Part shown: positions 40,020-52,378 of the stretch, piece by piece | Numbering within the stretch: the first letter of the stretch is position 1 | Layout of the letters: every line of letters begins with the position of its first letter | From: Bacteroidales bacterium | GTDB taxonomy: Bacteria; Bacteroidota; Bacteroidia; Bacteroidales; UBA932 | Assembly (NCBI GenBank): GCA_017550025.1 | Contig: JAFYLU010000072.1 | Coordinates: 1,885-65,884, forward strand | Direction: 5' to 3' | Length of the DNA: 64,000 bases | The notes under the pieces: generated by a model | The model's database searches: none | What the model was told of the DNA's origin: nothing | Seen by the model: the letters and a program-made list of their open reading frames with translations, nothing else | Translations under genes and position numbers: made by a program

Positions 40020-40778
40020 TCAATCTTTTACGATTCCTGTGGTCATCTTCACCAGGATAGGGTTTTCAAGTCTGGCCCCGTTCACCACCGGCCATATCCT
40101 GTTTATATGCTTTCCGCTGTAGCCTTCAGGCATGGTCACAGTCACGTACATCTTTCCCCTCTCATCAGGAGCCAAAGTCACATGACGCTCCATCTTTATA
40201 TGAGAAGAGCAGCATCCTTCTATTTCGAAACGCAGGTCCATAGGTCTGTCAGTGCCGTTACCATAACGGAAGAACATTTTCTTCGACTCCCCCGGCCTGA
40301 TTGTTCCGAACGGAAGTACCTTGTGACTCGTATAAAGTCCTCCTCCCATATTGTACGGATGGTCTTCCACGATAGGATGAACCATCGGCACCACATCTCC
40401 TCTCACTATAACGATCTGTCTCTCCTGCCTGTTCATATACCAGACAGAAACAGCATATTCGAATGGCCCTGAACGATATGCAGGATCGAAAGTCAGACGC
40501 AGAATCCCTGTCTCACCAGGAGCCACCTTCCTGAAGTCAGGCTCCCCGATTATGCAGCGGCAGCCTGTAGTGATGTCGCATACAGCCAATGTGTCAGGAC
40601 CGTCATTTCGGAAGGAGAAGTCGCGCACCGCCTTCCCGTCTTTCTCGTGAATGGTACCGAAATCGCAGTGAGCCTGCCCGAAACGGAGAGTCTGACAAAC
40701 AGCAATCATCTGCCCCGACATGATGCAGGACAGAATGATTGCTGTTATTGATCTGTATAATTTCATATGTTTCCTCAT
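40020..40778 (-). CDS. DUF1573-domain protein (two Ig-like repeats)
   Basis: CDFGTIHE, FSFRNDG, ITTGCRC, VAPGETG; second repeat FGTIRPGE...LAPDERG. Start may be 40766. Confidence 0.75.
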   Translation of the reverse strand: MRKHMKLYRSITAIILSCIMSGQMIAVCQTLRFGQAHCDFGTIHEKDGKAVRDFSFRNDGPDTLAVCDITTGCRCIIGEPDFRKVAPGETGILRLTFDPAYRSGPFEYAVSVWYMNRQERQIVIVRGDVVPMVHPIVEDHPYNMGGGLYTSHKVLPFGTIRPGESKKMFFRYGNGTDRPMDLRFEIEGCCSSHIKMERHVTLAPDERGKMYVTVTMPEGYSGKHINRIWPVVNGARLENPILVKMTTGIVKD

Positions 40779-40828
40779 TCCCTTCAGTCATTCGGGCTAT
40801 AAGACACCTGGACTGAAGCGGAAGATAT

Positions 40829-44002
<3,174 letters not shown>

Positions 44003-46180
44003 TTATTTCGAAGCCATCTGGAATTCAAGCACACCGCCGGCCTTGATCTCATCGTATGTGATGCTTGTCCTGTCAAGAAGCTTTCCGTTAAGTGTAGCAG
44101 ACTTGATGTAGATGTTCTCCGGAGAGTTATCCTTCGCCACAACTGTGAATGTCTTTCCGTCACCCACATTCAGGACAGCCTGGCGTACTGCAGGCGATCC
44201 GAACTGGAACTCTCCCTTCGCAGGATCCACCTGATAGAGTCCTACAGACGAAAGTACATACCATGCAGACATCTGTCCTGCGTCCTCATTTCCGCAAACA
44301 CCTTCATGATTGTCGAAGTAGAGCTCATCCATGATATGACGTACCTTCTCGGCGCACTTTTCAGGCTGTCCGACATAGTTGTAGAAATAAGCGATATGGT
44401 GGCTCGGCTCGTTTCCGTGAGCATACTGACCCACAAGACCTGTAACGTCGTTTGCATTAGGGCCGAGGTCGCCTTCAGCCACAAAGAACTCGTCAAGCTT
44501 TGCGATGAAAGCATCCTTTCCTCCAAGCATCTCGATAAGACCATGAGGATCCTGCGGTACAAGCCATGTGTACTGCCATGCATTTCCTTCAGTGAAGTCG
44601 CTCTGCATATGCAATGCCTTGAACGGGTCGAATGGTGTTCTCCATGTGCCGTCAGACGCTCTTCCGCGCACAAAGCCAACCTCTGCATCGTAATATTTCT
44701 TCCATGACTGGCTTCTTTCCGCAAAATGCTCCGCAGTCTCTGTTTCGCCATATTCAGCAGCCACCTTTGCAAGGCATGCGTCTGCGATTGCGAACTCCAA
44801 TGCCTTTGATACGGTCTCAAGCTCGGCACTCTTGTCATAAGGAATGAATCCATAGACCTTGAGAAGCTCCTGTCCTCTCTCATCAAGCAGAGAAGAAGCC
44901 TTCATAGCCTCGATTGCAGCAGGAACGTCCTTCACATAGCCCTTGAGAGCAAGGTCAGCAAGAACGATGACTCCAGGGTTACCGACCATGCAGTTGGTCT
45001 CGTTTCCGGCAAGATGCCATACAGGAAGCTTGCCCTGCTGATTGAAGATGTTCATAAAGGTAGATGCCACAGAGGCAGCCTTGTCGTCATCGATAAGGGT
45101 CATCAGAGGAGATGCGGCCCTGTAAGTGTCCCACAAAGAGAAGATAGTATACTGCACCAGCTCATCGTTATAGACCTTTCCGTCAGCTCCACGATAATCA
45201 CCGTTCACATCGCTGAAAATAGACGGCGAAATCATCGTATGATAAAGGGCTGTGTAGAATATCTTCTCCTGCTTCTCATCCATAGGAACTATGTCGATGC
45301 GGCCCAGCTCTTCATTCCATCTTGCCTTGGCTGCAGCAGCCGTACCCTCGAAATCCCATGCAGGCTGCTCCGCCTGAAGGTTCGCCCATGCATTTTCGCA
45401 GCTTACCGGAGAGATACCGACCTTTACGAGAATGCATTTCTGGTCAGAAGTGTCGAACTTGAGAGCCACTGCATGTTCCTTGTCGGTGATGGTGACATTC
45501 TCCTGACCGAGGATAGGAGCAGAAAACTCTGCAGCAAAATAATATGTATGGTCTTCAGCCCATCCTGCAGATCTTCTGTAGCCTTCGATATGAGTCGCAT
45601 CCTTCACATTAAGATCCCAGTCTGTCACGCCGTCCCAGCCGATGCCGCTGCAAAGGTCAACGAGGATGGCAGACTCGTCACCGGTAAATGTATATTCGTG
45701 AATACCGGTCCTTTCTGTTGCTGTCAGACGTACATTCACGCCATAATCAGGCATCTCAAGGCTGTAGAAACCAGGAGTGACCTTCTCAAGCGAATGGTCA
45801 AGATGTGCATATACATGCTTCGCTTCAGCTTTCTTGCGAGGCATATACTCGCTCGACCAGATAGCCTTTGTCGGATCGTAAGGCATCAGCATGACATCTC
45901 CCAGATCACCGATACCGGTTCCGGAAAGATGGGTGTGAGAAAAACCGATGACAAGAGTATCGCTGTAATGGTAGCCGGAGCACCAGTCCCATGCGTCTCT
46001 GATCTGCTGAGGTCCGAGCTGTACCATACCGTAAGGAACACTTGCTCCGACAAATACATGTCCATGTCCGCCGGATCCGATATACGGATCGACAGCCAGA
46101 GTGTAGTCTCTCTGCTGCACAGGTGTGCAGGCAGCAAGAATCAATGCCACGAAAGAGGCAAGAAGAATAAATCTTTTCAT
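44003..46180 (-). CDS. GH92 alpha-mannosidase
   Basis: Lipobox LAAC; GSGGHGH, WDWCSGYH, FSHTHLSGTG, FSLWDTYRA, TEGNAWQY, YAHGNEPSHH, GNEDAGQMSAW; paralog of the GH92 part of 9685. Confidence 0.93.
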   Translation of the reverse strand: MKRFILLASFVALILAACTPVQQRDYTLAVDPYIGSGGHGHVFVGASVPYGMVQLGPQQIRDAWDWCSGYHYSDTLVIGFSHTHLSGTGIGDLGDVMLMPYDPTKAIWSSEYMPRKKAEAKHVYAHLDHSLEKVTPGFYSLEMPDYGVNVRLTATERTGIHEYTFTGDESAILVDLCSGIGWDGVTDWDLNVKDATHIEGYRRSAGWAEDHTYYFAAEFSAPILGQENVTITDKEHAVALKFDTSDQKCILVKVGISPVSCENAWANLQAEQPAWDFEGTAAAAKARWNEELGRIDIVPMDEKQEKIFYTALYHTMISPSIFSDVNGDYRGADGKVYNDELVQYTIFSLWDTYRAASPLMTLIDDDKAASVASTFMNIFNQQGKLPVWHLAGNETNCMVGNPGVIVLADLALKGYVKDVPAAIEAMKASSLLDERGQELLKVYGFIPYDKSAELETVSKALEFAIADACLAKVAAEYGETETAEHFAERSQSWKKYYDAEVGFVRGRASDGTWRTPFDPFKALHMQSDFTEGNAWQYTWLVPQDPHGLIEMLGGKDAFIAKLDEFFVAEGDLGPNANDVTGLVGQYAHGNEPSHHIAYFYNYVGQPEKCAEKVRHIMDELYFDNHEGVCGNEDAGQMSAWYVLSSVGLYQVDPAKGEFQFGSPAVRQAVLNVGDGKTFTVVAKDNSPENIYIKSATLNGKLLDRTSITYDEIKAGGVLEFQMASK

Positions 46181-46183
46181 TAC

Positions 46184-48514
46184 TTATAGTGTTATATTTT
46201 CTTTCAGTCTTATATCATCCGAAGAGGCTCCTACAGCGATTGTGAATTCGCCTGGCTCCACGACAGCATTCATTTCCCTGTCATATACGATGAATGCCTG
46301 CTCGTCAAGCTGCATTTCCACGCGCACTGTCTCACCCTTTGCCACAGCCACTCTTTCAAAGGCGCGAAGCTGCTTGCGAGGGCGTACTGTAGAAGCCACG
46401 AGGTCAGTCACATAGACCTGCACCACTTCTTCACCGTCATATTTACCGGTATTTGTAACGCTTACAGACACCTTCACCTGATTGTTTCCGAGATTCTCCA
46501 CCATAAGGTCAGAGTAAGTGAAATCGGTATAGCTCAAGCCGTAGCCGAACGGATAAAGGGCATCCGAAGGCATCTCCACATAATCATGGCCCCTAGGGAA
46601 CTTCTTGTTGTAGTATACAGGCACCTGACCTGCATCATAAGGTACGGAAACAGGAAGGCGTCCTGCCGGATTATACTCGCCGAAAAGCACATCGGCAAGA
46701 CCTTCTCCACCCTGCTGTCCAGGATAGAACTGCGTGAGAAGGGCATCAGCATTCTCCTTCGCCCACTTCTTGTCGAGAGGACGGCCCTCGATGTACACCA
46801 CTACCATAGGTGTTCCGGTCTTCTTCACAGCTTCAAGAAGCTCATACTGAAGTCCGAGAAGATCCAGGCTTGCGCGGTCGAAGCCTTCGCCAGCCTCCAT
46901 ATCGCTGATAGAGTTCTTGTCAGCCACAGCCGCTCCTGTCTCCTTATATGTAGTCTTGAAGTCTCTTGCGCTCGAACCTCCGACGACAACCACTGCGACA
47001 TCAGCCCTGCGAGCTGCACGGACAGCCTCCGCAATAGTATTGCTCTGGGTATCACGGATAGCGCATCCCTTCACATATGTCACATTCTTTTCTCCGACCT
47101 TTGCCTTGATTCCGTCAAGCACAGTACGGATGTTCTCACGTGGCTGCGGAGCGGTATAGTCACCAAGCTGATTATACATATTGTCGGCATTCGGTCCGAT
47201 GACAGCCACCTTCATGTCCTTGTTCAAAGGAAGCACACCGTTATTCTCCAGAAGGACAACACCCTTGCGTGCAGCCTGACGGGCCACGGCAACGTTCTCA
47301 TTGCTTCTTACGACACGCTCTGCTGTATCAGGATCCACATAAGGATTGTCGAACAATCCAAGGTCGAACTTGAGCCTCAACACCCTTGCTACAGCCTCAT
47401 CGAGGACCTTGCCGCTTACCTTGCCGGCCTCGACAGCCTCCTTGAGCAATGCATAGCAGTTCGCTCCCAGGTCCACATCCACTCCGGCATTCATTGCCAT
47501 AACACCTGCATCTTCCTTATCAGCTGCGACATGATGGTCGCTGAAAAGTCCGTCAATACTTACAAGGTCAGACACGACAAAGCCGTCAAAGCCCCAGTCC
47601 TCCTTGAGCACACCTCTCAAAAGTTCAGGATTGCCTGTAGAAGGCACTCCGTCGATGGAGTTGTATGATGTCATGACAGAAAGTGCACCGGCATCGATAG
47701 CAGCCTTGAAGGCAGGAAGGAAGTTCTCGTGAAGGTCACGCATTCCCACATTCGAAGGATTTCCGTTGTGGCCGCCTTCAGGAATGCCATACGCAACGAA
47801 ATGCTTGAGCGTAGATATCACACCCTTATCCCATCCGTTATGCTTCGGACTTGTTCCACGTACCATTGCAGCCGCCATCTCGGATGTGAGATATGTATCC
47901 TCACCATATGTCTCCTCGACTCTCGACCATCTAGGCTCGCGGGCAAGATCGATTACAGGGCCATATCCGATGTGACCTCCCTGTGCACGAAGTTCGCCGG
48001 CGATTGTCTTTCCCACCTCTGTGATCAGGGCCTTGTCCCATGTAGAGGCAAGTCCGATACTTGTAGGGAATACAGTTGCACCGATGGCCATATGACCATG
48101 CGGAGCCTCCTCTGCAAGTATCATCGGGATACCAAGTCTGGTGCTGTCAATCGCATATCTCTGCAGAGCATTGTATGCTTCTGCCGCAAGTCTCGGATTC
48201 AGACCGTTATCAAGGGTCTTCCTTGTCCACGGATCGGCTCTGAATGTCGCCCATAGCATACCGCCATGCTGCTCATCGATGAATTTTCTGTATTCATCGG
48301 AAATTCCCACAGACTCCCCTGTCTTTTCATACATAGGCCATCCGAGCGGGCAAAGAAGCTGTCCTAACTTCTCCTCTACAGTCATTCTTCCTATAAGATC
48401 CTCGACGCGCTTGTCGGTAGGAAGTTCCGGATTCTTATATGCTGGCGTACCGTCAGACATGCCGCAAGCGGCAAGCACAAGGCAAGCCGCAATTGTGATA
48501 AAAGGTTTTAGCAT
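46184..48514 (-). CDS. GH3 beta-glucosidase/beta-xylosidase family protein
   Basis: TRLGIP, EEAPHG, REPRWSRVEETYGED, TLKHF, VMTSYN, GFVVSD, AVIGPNAD, NPAGRLPVS, YPFGYGLSYT, GEEVVQVY. Confidence 0.94.
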   Translation of the reverse strand: MLKPFITIAACLVLAACGMSDGTPAYKNPELPTDKRVEDLIGRMTVEEKLGQLLCPLGWPMYEKTGESVGISDEYRKFIDEQHGGMLWATFRADPWTRKTLDNGLNPRLAAEAYNALQRYAIDSTRLGIPMILAEEAPHGHMAIGATVFPTSIGLASTWDKALITEVGKTIAGELRAQGGHIGYGPVIDLAREPRWSRVEETYGEDTYLTSEMAAAMVRGTSPKHNGWDKGVISTLKHFVAYGIPEGGHNGNPSNVGMRDLHENFLPAFKAAIDAGALSVMTSYNSIDGVPSTGNPELLRGVLKEDWGFDGFVVSDLVSIDGLFSDHHVAADKEDAGVMAMNAGVDVDLGANCYALLKEAVEAGKVSGKVLDEAVARVLRLKFDLGLFDNPYVDPDTAERVVRSNENVAVARQAARKGVVLLENNGVLPLNKDMKVAVIGPNADNMYNQLGDYTAPQPRENIRTVLDGIKAKVGEKNVTYVKGCAIRDTQSNTIAEAVRAARRADVAVVVVGGSSARDFKTTYKETGAAVADKNSISDMEAGEGFDRASLDLLGLQYELLEAVKKTGTPMVVVYIEGRPLDKKWAKENADALLTQFYPGQQGGEGLADVLFGEYNPAGRLPVSVPYDAGQVPVYYNKKFPRGHDYVEMPSDALYPFGYGLSYTDFTYSDLMVENLGNNQVKVSVSVTNTGKYDGEEVVQVYVTDLVASTVRPRKQLRAFERVAVAKGETVRVEMQLDEQAFIVYDREMNAVVEPGEFTIAVGASSDDIRLKENITL

Positions 48515-48557
48515 CTATTATGTGTCTTTAAAAGTTATAATTCAATCAATCTGTCTA

Positions 48558-50576
48558 TTACAGTCCGCGTCCGCGAAGAAGGGCTCCGGCGTCCGGATCT
48601 GCACCACGGAAGCGTCTGTAAAGAACCATAGGCTCCTCACTGCCACCCATTTCAAGGATATTTCTGCGGAATGACATTGCTGTCTCGCTGTCAAGGATTC
48701 CCTTCTGCATGAACAGCTCAAAGGCATCCTTGTCAAGAACCTCTGCCCAAAGATAGCTATAATATCCTGCATTATAGCCACCGCTGAAGATATGAGCGAA
48801 ATATGTCGAGCGGTAACGAGGGATGATTTCATCGATAAGTCCCATCTCCTTGCATGCCTCTGCCTCGAATGCCTCGACAAAAGATCCGTCTGCATCTGCA
48901 GGAACTTCCGCGATCTCATGCCACTTCATATCAAGTACCGATGCAGCTGCGAGCTCTGTAGTCATGAATCCCTGGTTGAAGTTTGCGGCAGCCGCGATCT
49001 TCGCAACGAGAGAATCCGGAATCACCTCACCTGTCTGATAATGACGTGCATAGCCTGCGAGAACCTCCTTCTGGAATGCCCAGTTTTCCATTATCTGTGA
49101 AGGAAGCTCCACAAAGTCACGTGCTACAGACGTACCGCTTACGCTCTTGTATCTGCACTGTGTGAGAAGTCCGTGAAGGGCATGTCCGTACTCATGGAAA
49201 AGAGTCTCCACCTGGTCGAGAGTAAGAAGAGACGGCTTGTCTGCCGTAGGCTTTGCAAAGTTGCCGACATTTACGATCACAGGACGGATGTCCACGCCGT
49301 CAATAACTTCCTGGTTCACGAAGTTTGTCATCCATGCACCGCCTCTCTTTGTCTCACGAGGATAATAGTCGGTAAGGATAACTCCGATAAACGAGCCGTC
49401 AGCATCTGTCACCTTGAAGCCCTCTACATCAGGATGATATACTGGAATTCCCTCGAGCTTCTCATACTGGAGTCCGAAAAGCTTTGAAGTAAGGTCGAAT
49501 ACGCCCTGACGCACATTCTCCATCTGGAAATAAGGCTTGGTCTGCTCCTCGTCAAGCGCATATTTTGCCATACGCACCTTCTCTGTATAATAAGCCCAGT
49601 CCCAAGGCTCGATGGTACTGCCTTCTGGAAGAAGTCCGGCCTTGATGTCCTCGTCCATGAACACCTGCATGTCTGCGATCTCCTCCTTTGCCTTTTCAAC
49701 GGCAGGAGCCATGATGCTTGCGAGGAATGTGTCCACTGCCTCCGGATTTCCGGCCATCTTGTCAGCAAGGATCATCTGTGCAGGATTCTCATATCCGAGA
49801 AGCTTCGCCTTCTCTACACGAAGGCTCATCATCTTGACAATCAGTTCCTTATTATCATACTCATTGCCATTGTTTCCGCGTGATGCATAAGCCTTGAACA
49901 TCTTCTCGCGGAGTGCACGGTCAGCAGTCGAAGCCATCGCTCCGCCGTACTCCGAGATAGCCACTCCGAACTCCTTTGCAAACGCATTGTTCTCTGCAAG
50001 GAGATTGTTTCCGAATGTATTGGAAAGCGAAGAAAGCTCCATGTTGATCTCGCGCATACGTGCCTGCTCTGCCTCACCGAGGGCGATACCGTTCTTCACG
50101 AATGCATTATGAAGCTTCTTGAGGGTCATCTTCTGCTCCTGATCGAGTCCGAGATTGTCGATTTCCTTATAAAGCGCATCAACCTTTGCGAAGAACTGCG
50201 GATTCATGAAAAGATTGTCGCTGTGAACTGACATCAATGGAAGAGCCTGCTCCACGATCTTCTGAAGAGATTCAGTCGCATCAGACTCGGAGATGTTGAA
50301 GAGCACCATTGAAACACGGTCGAGAATCGCACCGGAACGCTCATATGCCTCAACCACATTGGCGAATGTAGGCTCATCCGCATTCGCGATGATGGCATCG
50401 ATTTCCGCCTGCTGCTGGCGTATTCCCTCCTCTATTGCTGGAAGATAATGTTTCTCCTGGATCTTCGTGAAGTCAGGAATGCCGTAAGGAGTGCTCCATT
50501 CCTTCATGAACGGATTGGTTGTAGTGCAGGAAACTGCTGTCATGATCAAAGCAAGTAAATAAGGAATTCTTTTCAT
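48558..50576 (-). CDS. dcp: M3-family metallopeptidase (peptidyl-dipeptidase Dcp-like) lipoprotein
   Basis: KRGGAWM, TLFHEYGHALH (HExxH), DFVELPSQIMENW, YFAHIFSGGYNAGYYSYLWAEVLD; lipobox AVSC. Confidence 0.92.
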   Translation of the reverse strand: MKRIPYLLALIMTAVSCTTTNPFMKEWSTPYGIPDFTKIQEKHYLPAIEEGIRQQQAEIDAIIANADEPTFANVVEAYERSGAILDRVSMVLFNISESDATESLQKIVEQALPLMSVHSDNLFMNPQFFAKVDALYKEIDNLGLDQEQKMTLKKLHNAFVKNGIALGEAEQARMREINMELSSLSNTFGNNLLAENNAFAKEFGVAISEYGGAMASTADRALREKMFKAYASRGNNGNEYDNKELIVKMMSLRVEKAKLLGYENPAQMILADKMAGNPEAVDTFLASIMAPAVEKAKEEIADMQVFMDEDIKAGLLPEGSTIEPWDWAYYTEKVRMAKYALDEEQTKPYFQMENVRQGVFDLTSKLFGLQYEKLEGIPVYHPDVEGFKVTDADGSFIGVILTDYYPRETKRGGAWMTNFVNQEVIDGVDIRPVIVNVGNFAKPTADKPSLLTLDQVETLFHEYGHALHGLLTQCRYKSVSGTSVARDFVELPSQIMENWAFQKEVLAGYARHYQTGEVIPDSLVAKIAAAANFNQGFMTTELAAASVLDMKWHEIAEVPADADGSFVEAFEAEACKEMGLIDEIIPRYRSTYFAHIFSGGYNAGYYSYLWAEVLDKDAFELFMQKGILDSETAMSFRRNILEMGGSEEPMVLYRRFRGADPDAGALLRGRGL

Positions 50577-50608
50577 TATTGATATGATTATAGTTTTTCA
50601 AGATTATG

Positions 50609-52273
50609 TTAAAGGCCCCATACAGAGGATGATGCAGGATTCTGGGATTCCACGGCAGCCGCATTGTCTGCACCGATCTTGGCTGCAAGATTTACGAAGA
50701 AGTCATGTCCTGTCTTGGTCTCAAGCTCATCAATGGACATTGAGATAGCTTTGAGGTTGCTGTTCTGACTGCCATAGTTCTTATGTTCTGTATAGAAACC
50801 TGCAGCAGACCATACGTTTGCAGAATCGCTCTTCTTGTATCTCAACACTGCCTTGAAAAAGGCCACAGGGACTGTAATCGACTTACCGTCAGAGTCTTCT
50901 GTGATTTCATCAGCTCCCTGCACGACGCTACCTGTCACAACATAGGTAGTATCCGACGAGTTCGCTATGCTTCTGATATGGTTCTCAAGATTCTGCCAGA
51001 TACCCTCATTATGCTCATTCAGCTGCGGAATGATGTTGGTACCGTAGAATGTCTGTTCGTTGGCCTCCTTGCAGCAGAGACGGTCAGCCGAAGGAAGCTG
51101 ATGACCTCTTGCATAGTCGCCTGCATAATATGAGAAAGGCGCAGCCGAAAGTTCAGAACCGAGGATAGGATCATATGCCCATGCATCTGTCCTGTCCACA
51201 TTCTTTTCAGTATATGTCTTGCACAAAGGATATGCAACCCAAACAGAAACAAGATCCTGCTGGCTCCATGCGAATGAATAGTTTCTGTAGACCTGGTTCT
51301 TCATCGAAAAATGATGAGCGTAATATCCGTATGAACTGTTGTTCATTGCAGGAAGCTCCATCCAGTCTGCCTTGGTTGGATCTGCCACAGGGACCTGGAC
51401 CTCTGAATATTCACCGGAAAGAATAGCCACATTGCGCACTTCCCAAGTGCCGGCCTTTGTGGATGTACTGCTATAGCGGAATGCTATCTTGATCTTGCTT
51501 CCGGCATATGCATCCATATCCCAGTTGCCGGCAGAGATGAATGTCCAGCTTGTAGGATAATTCTTCGACTCGATTTCAAGTTCTTCCCAGTCTCCACCGT
51601 TCTTGGACACCCATACGGTAGCCTCATTGGAAGCATTGCCGAAATAGCCGCCGGCATGTTCGAATGTGAAATATGACTCGGCACCGGCAGGCATCTCGAT
51701 CTCCGGAGAGATAAGCCAGCTCTCTGATGCATAGTTCTTCGTGGTGGCATTCTCATAGGCGGTAGCCTTCATGCACTTATACTGGTCTGAATACTCCCAT
51801 ACGAATGAAAGTGCCTGTGGGACATTTACATCCTTGATGGTAAAACCACCTATACTCGATGTGAAGGGCTCATAGAAAATTGCATTTTCAGGTGCATCCG
51901 ATCCGAATGAATGATTCTGAATTACCTTGATATCTTTTGACAGACCATCCACCGAAACAGTAAGAACAGCCTCGCGGAGGCCAGCCTTATTAGGCTGGGC
52001 AGTAAGTACTACTGTCTGCTTGTAGCGTGATCCCTCACCTGATGAAGGGCTGACGGCAAGCCAATCAGGAATACCACTGATTACCCAATCAAGATTCGCA
52101 GTTAAAGAAAAATTCATATTTCCTCCCGCCGCATTCATCACCGGAAGCTCGACTGGTGAAATTTTTATAGAGGGCACCACCTCAAAAGAGTCATCTATAG
52201 CAGACTTTTTGTCACATGCCACCGACATCACAAACATAGCTGAAACAGCCATGAAGATACTCATCAACTTCAT
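50609..52273 (-). CDS. DNA/RNA non-specific endonuclease (NucA/EndA-type) lipoprotein with BACON and beta-sandwich domains
   Basis: C-terminal RNYSFAW, WVAYPL, YARGHQLPSADR, NEQTFYGTNIIPQ, NEGIWQNLE, VPVAFFKAVL; BACON (WLAVSPSSG...REAVLTV...VIQ); WLISPEI domain. Start MKLMSIF (52273), lipobox SVAC. Confidence 0.92.
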   Translation of the reverse strand: MKLMSIFMAVSAMFVMSVACDKKSAIDDSFEVVPSIKISPVELPVMNAAGGNMNFSLTANLDWVISGIPDWLAVSPSSGEGSRYKQTVVLTAQPNKAGLREAVLTVSVDGLSKDIKVIQNHSFGSDAPENAIFYEPFTSSIGGFTIKDVNVPQALSFVWEYSDQYKCMKATAYENATTKNYASESWLISPEIEMPAGAESYFTFEHAGGYFGNASNEATVWVSKNGGDWEELEIESKNYPTSWTFISAGNWDMDAYAGSKIKIAFRYSSTSTKAGTWEVRNVAILSGEYSEVQVPVADPTKADWMELPAMNNSSYGYYAHHFSMKNQVYRNYSFAWSQQDLVSVWVAYPLCKTYTEKNVDRTDAWAYDPILGSELSAAPFSYYAGDYARGHQLPSADRLCCKEANEQTFYGTNIIPQLNEHNEGIWQNLENHIRSIANSSDTTYVVTGSVVQGADEITEDSDGKSITVPVAFFKAVLRYKKSDSANVWSAAGFYTEHKNYGSQNSNLKAISMSIDELETKTGHDFFVNLAAKIGADNAAAVESQNPASSSVWGL

Positions 52274-52312
52274 ATCGTTATAATTAAATAGACTATCGTT
52301 TTCTGTAGGACG

Positions 52313-52320
52313 CAAATATA
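52313..52320 (-). promoter_or_regulatory. -7 promoter box upstream of the endonuclease gene
   Basis: TATATTTG on the minus strand, directly after the upstream terminator and about 40 nt before ATG 52273. Confidence 0.65.
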
Positions 52321-52321
52321 C

Positions 52322-52356
52322 AAAAATCCGGCGACCTATAAAAGGCCGCCGGAAAA
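52322..52356 (-). terminator. Intrinsic terminator after the transporter / OB-fold lipoprotein pair
   Basis: Minus strand TCCGGCGGCC-ttttata-GGTCGCCGGA-TTTTT. Confidence 0.8.
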
Positions 52357-52378
52357 CTATATTAATGTAAATTCAATC

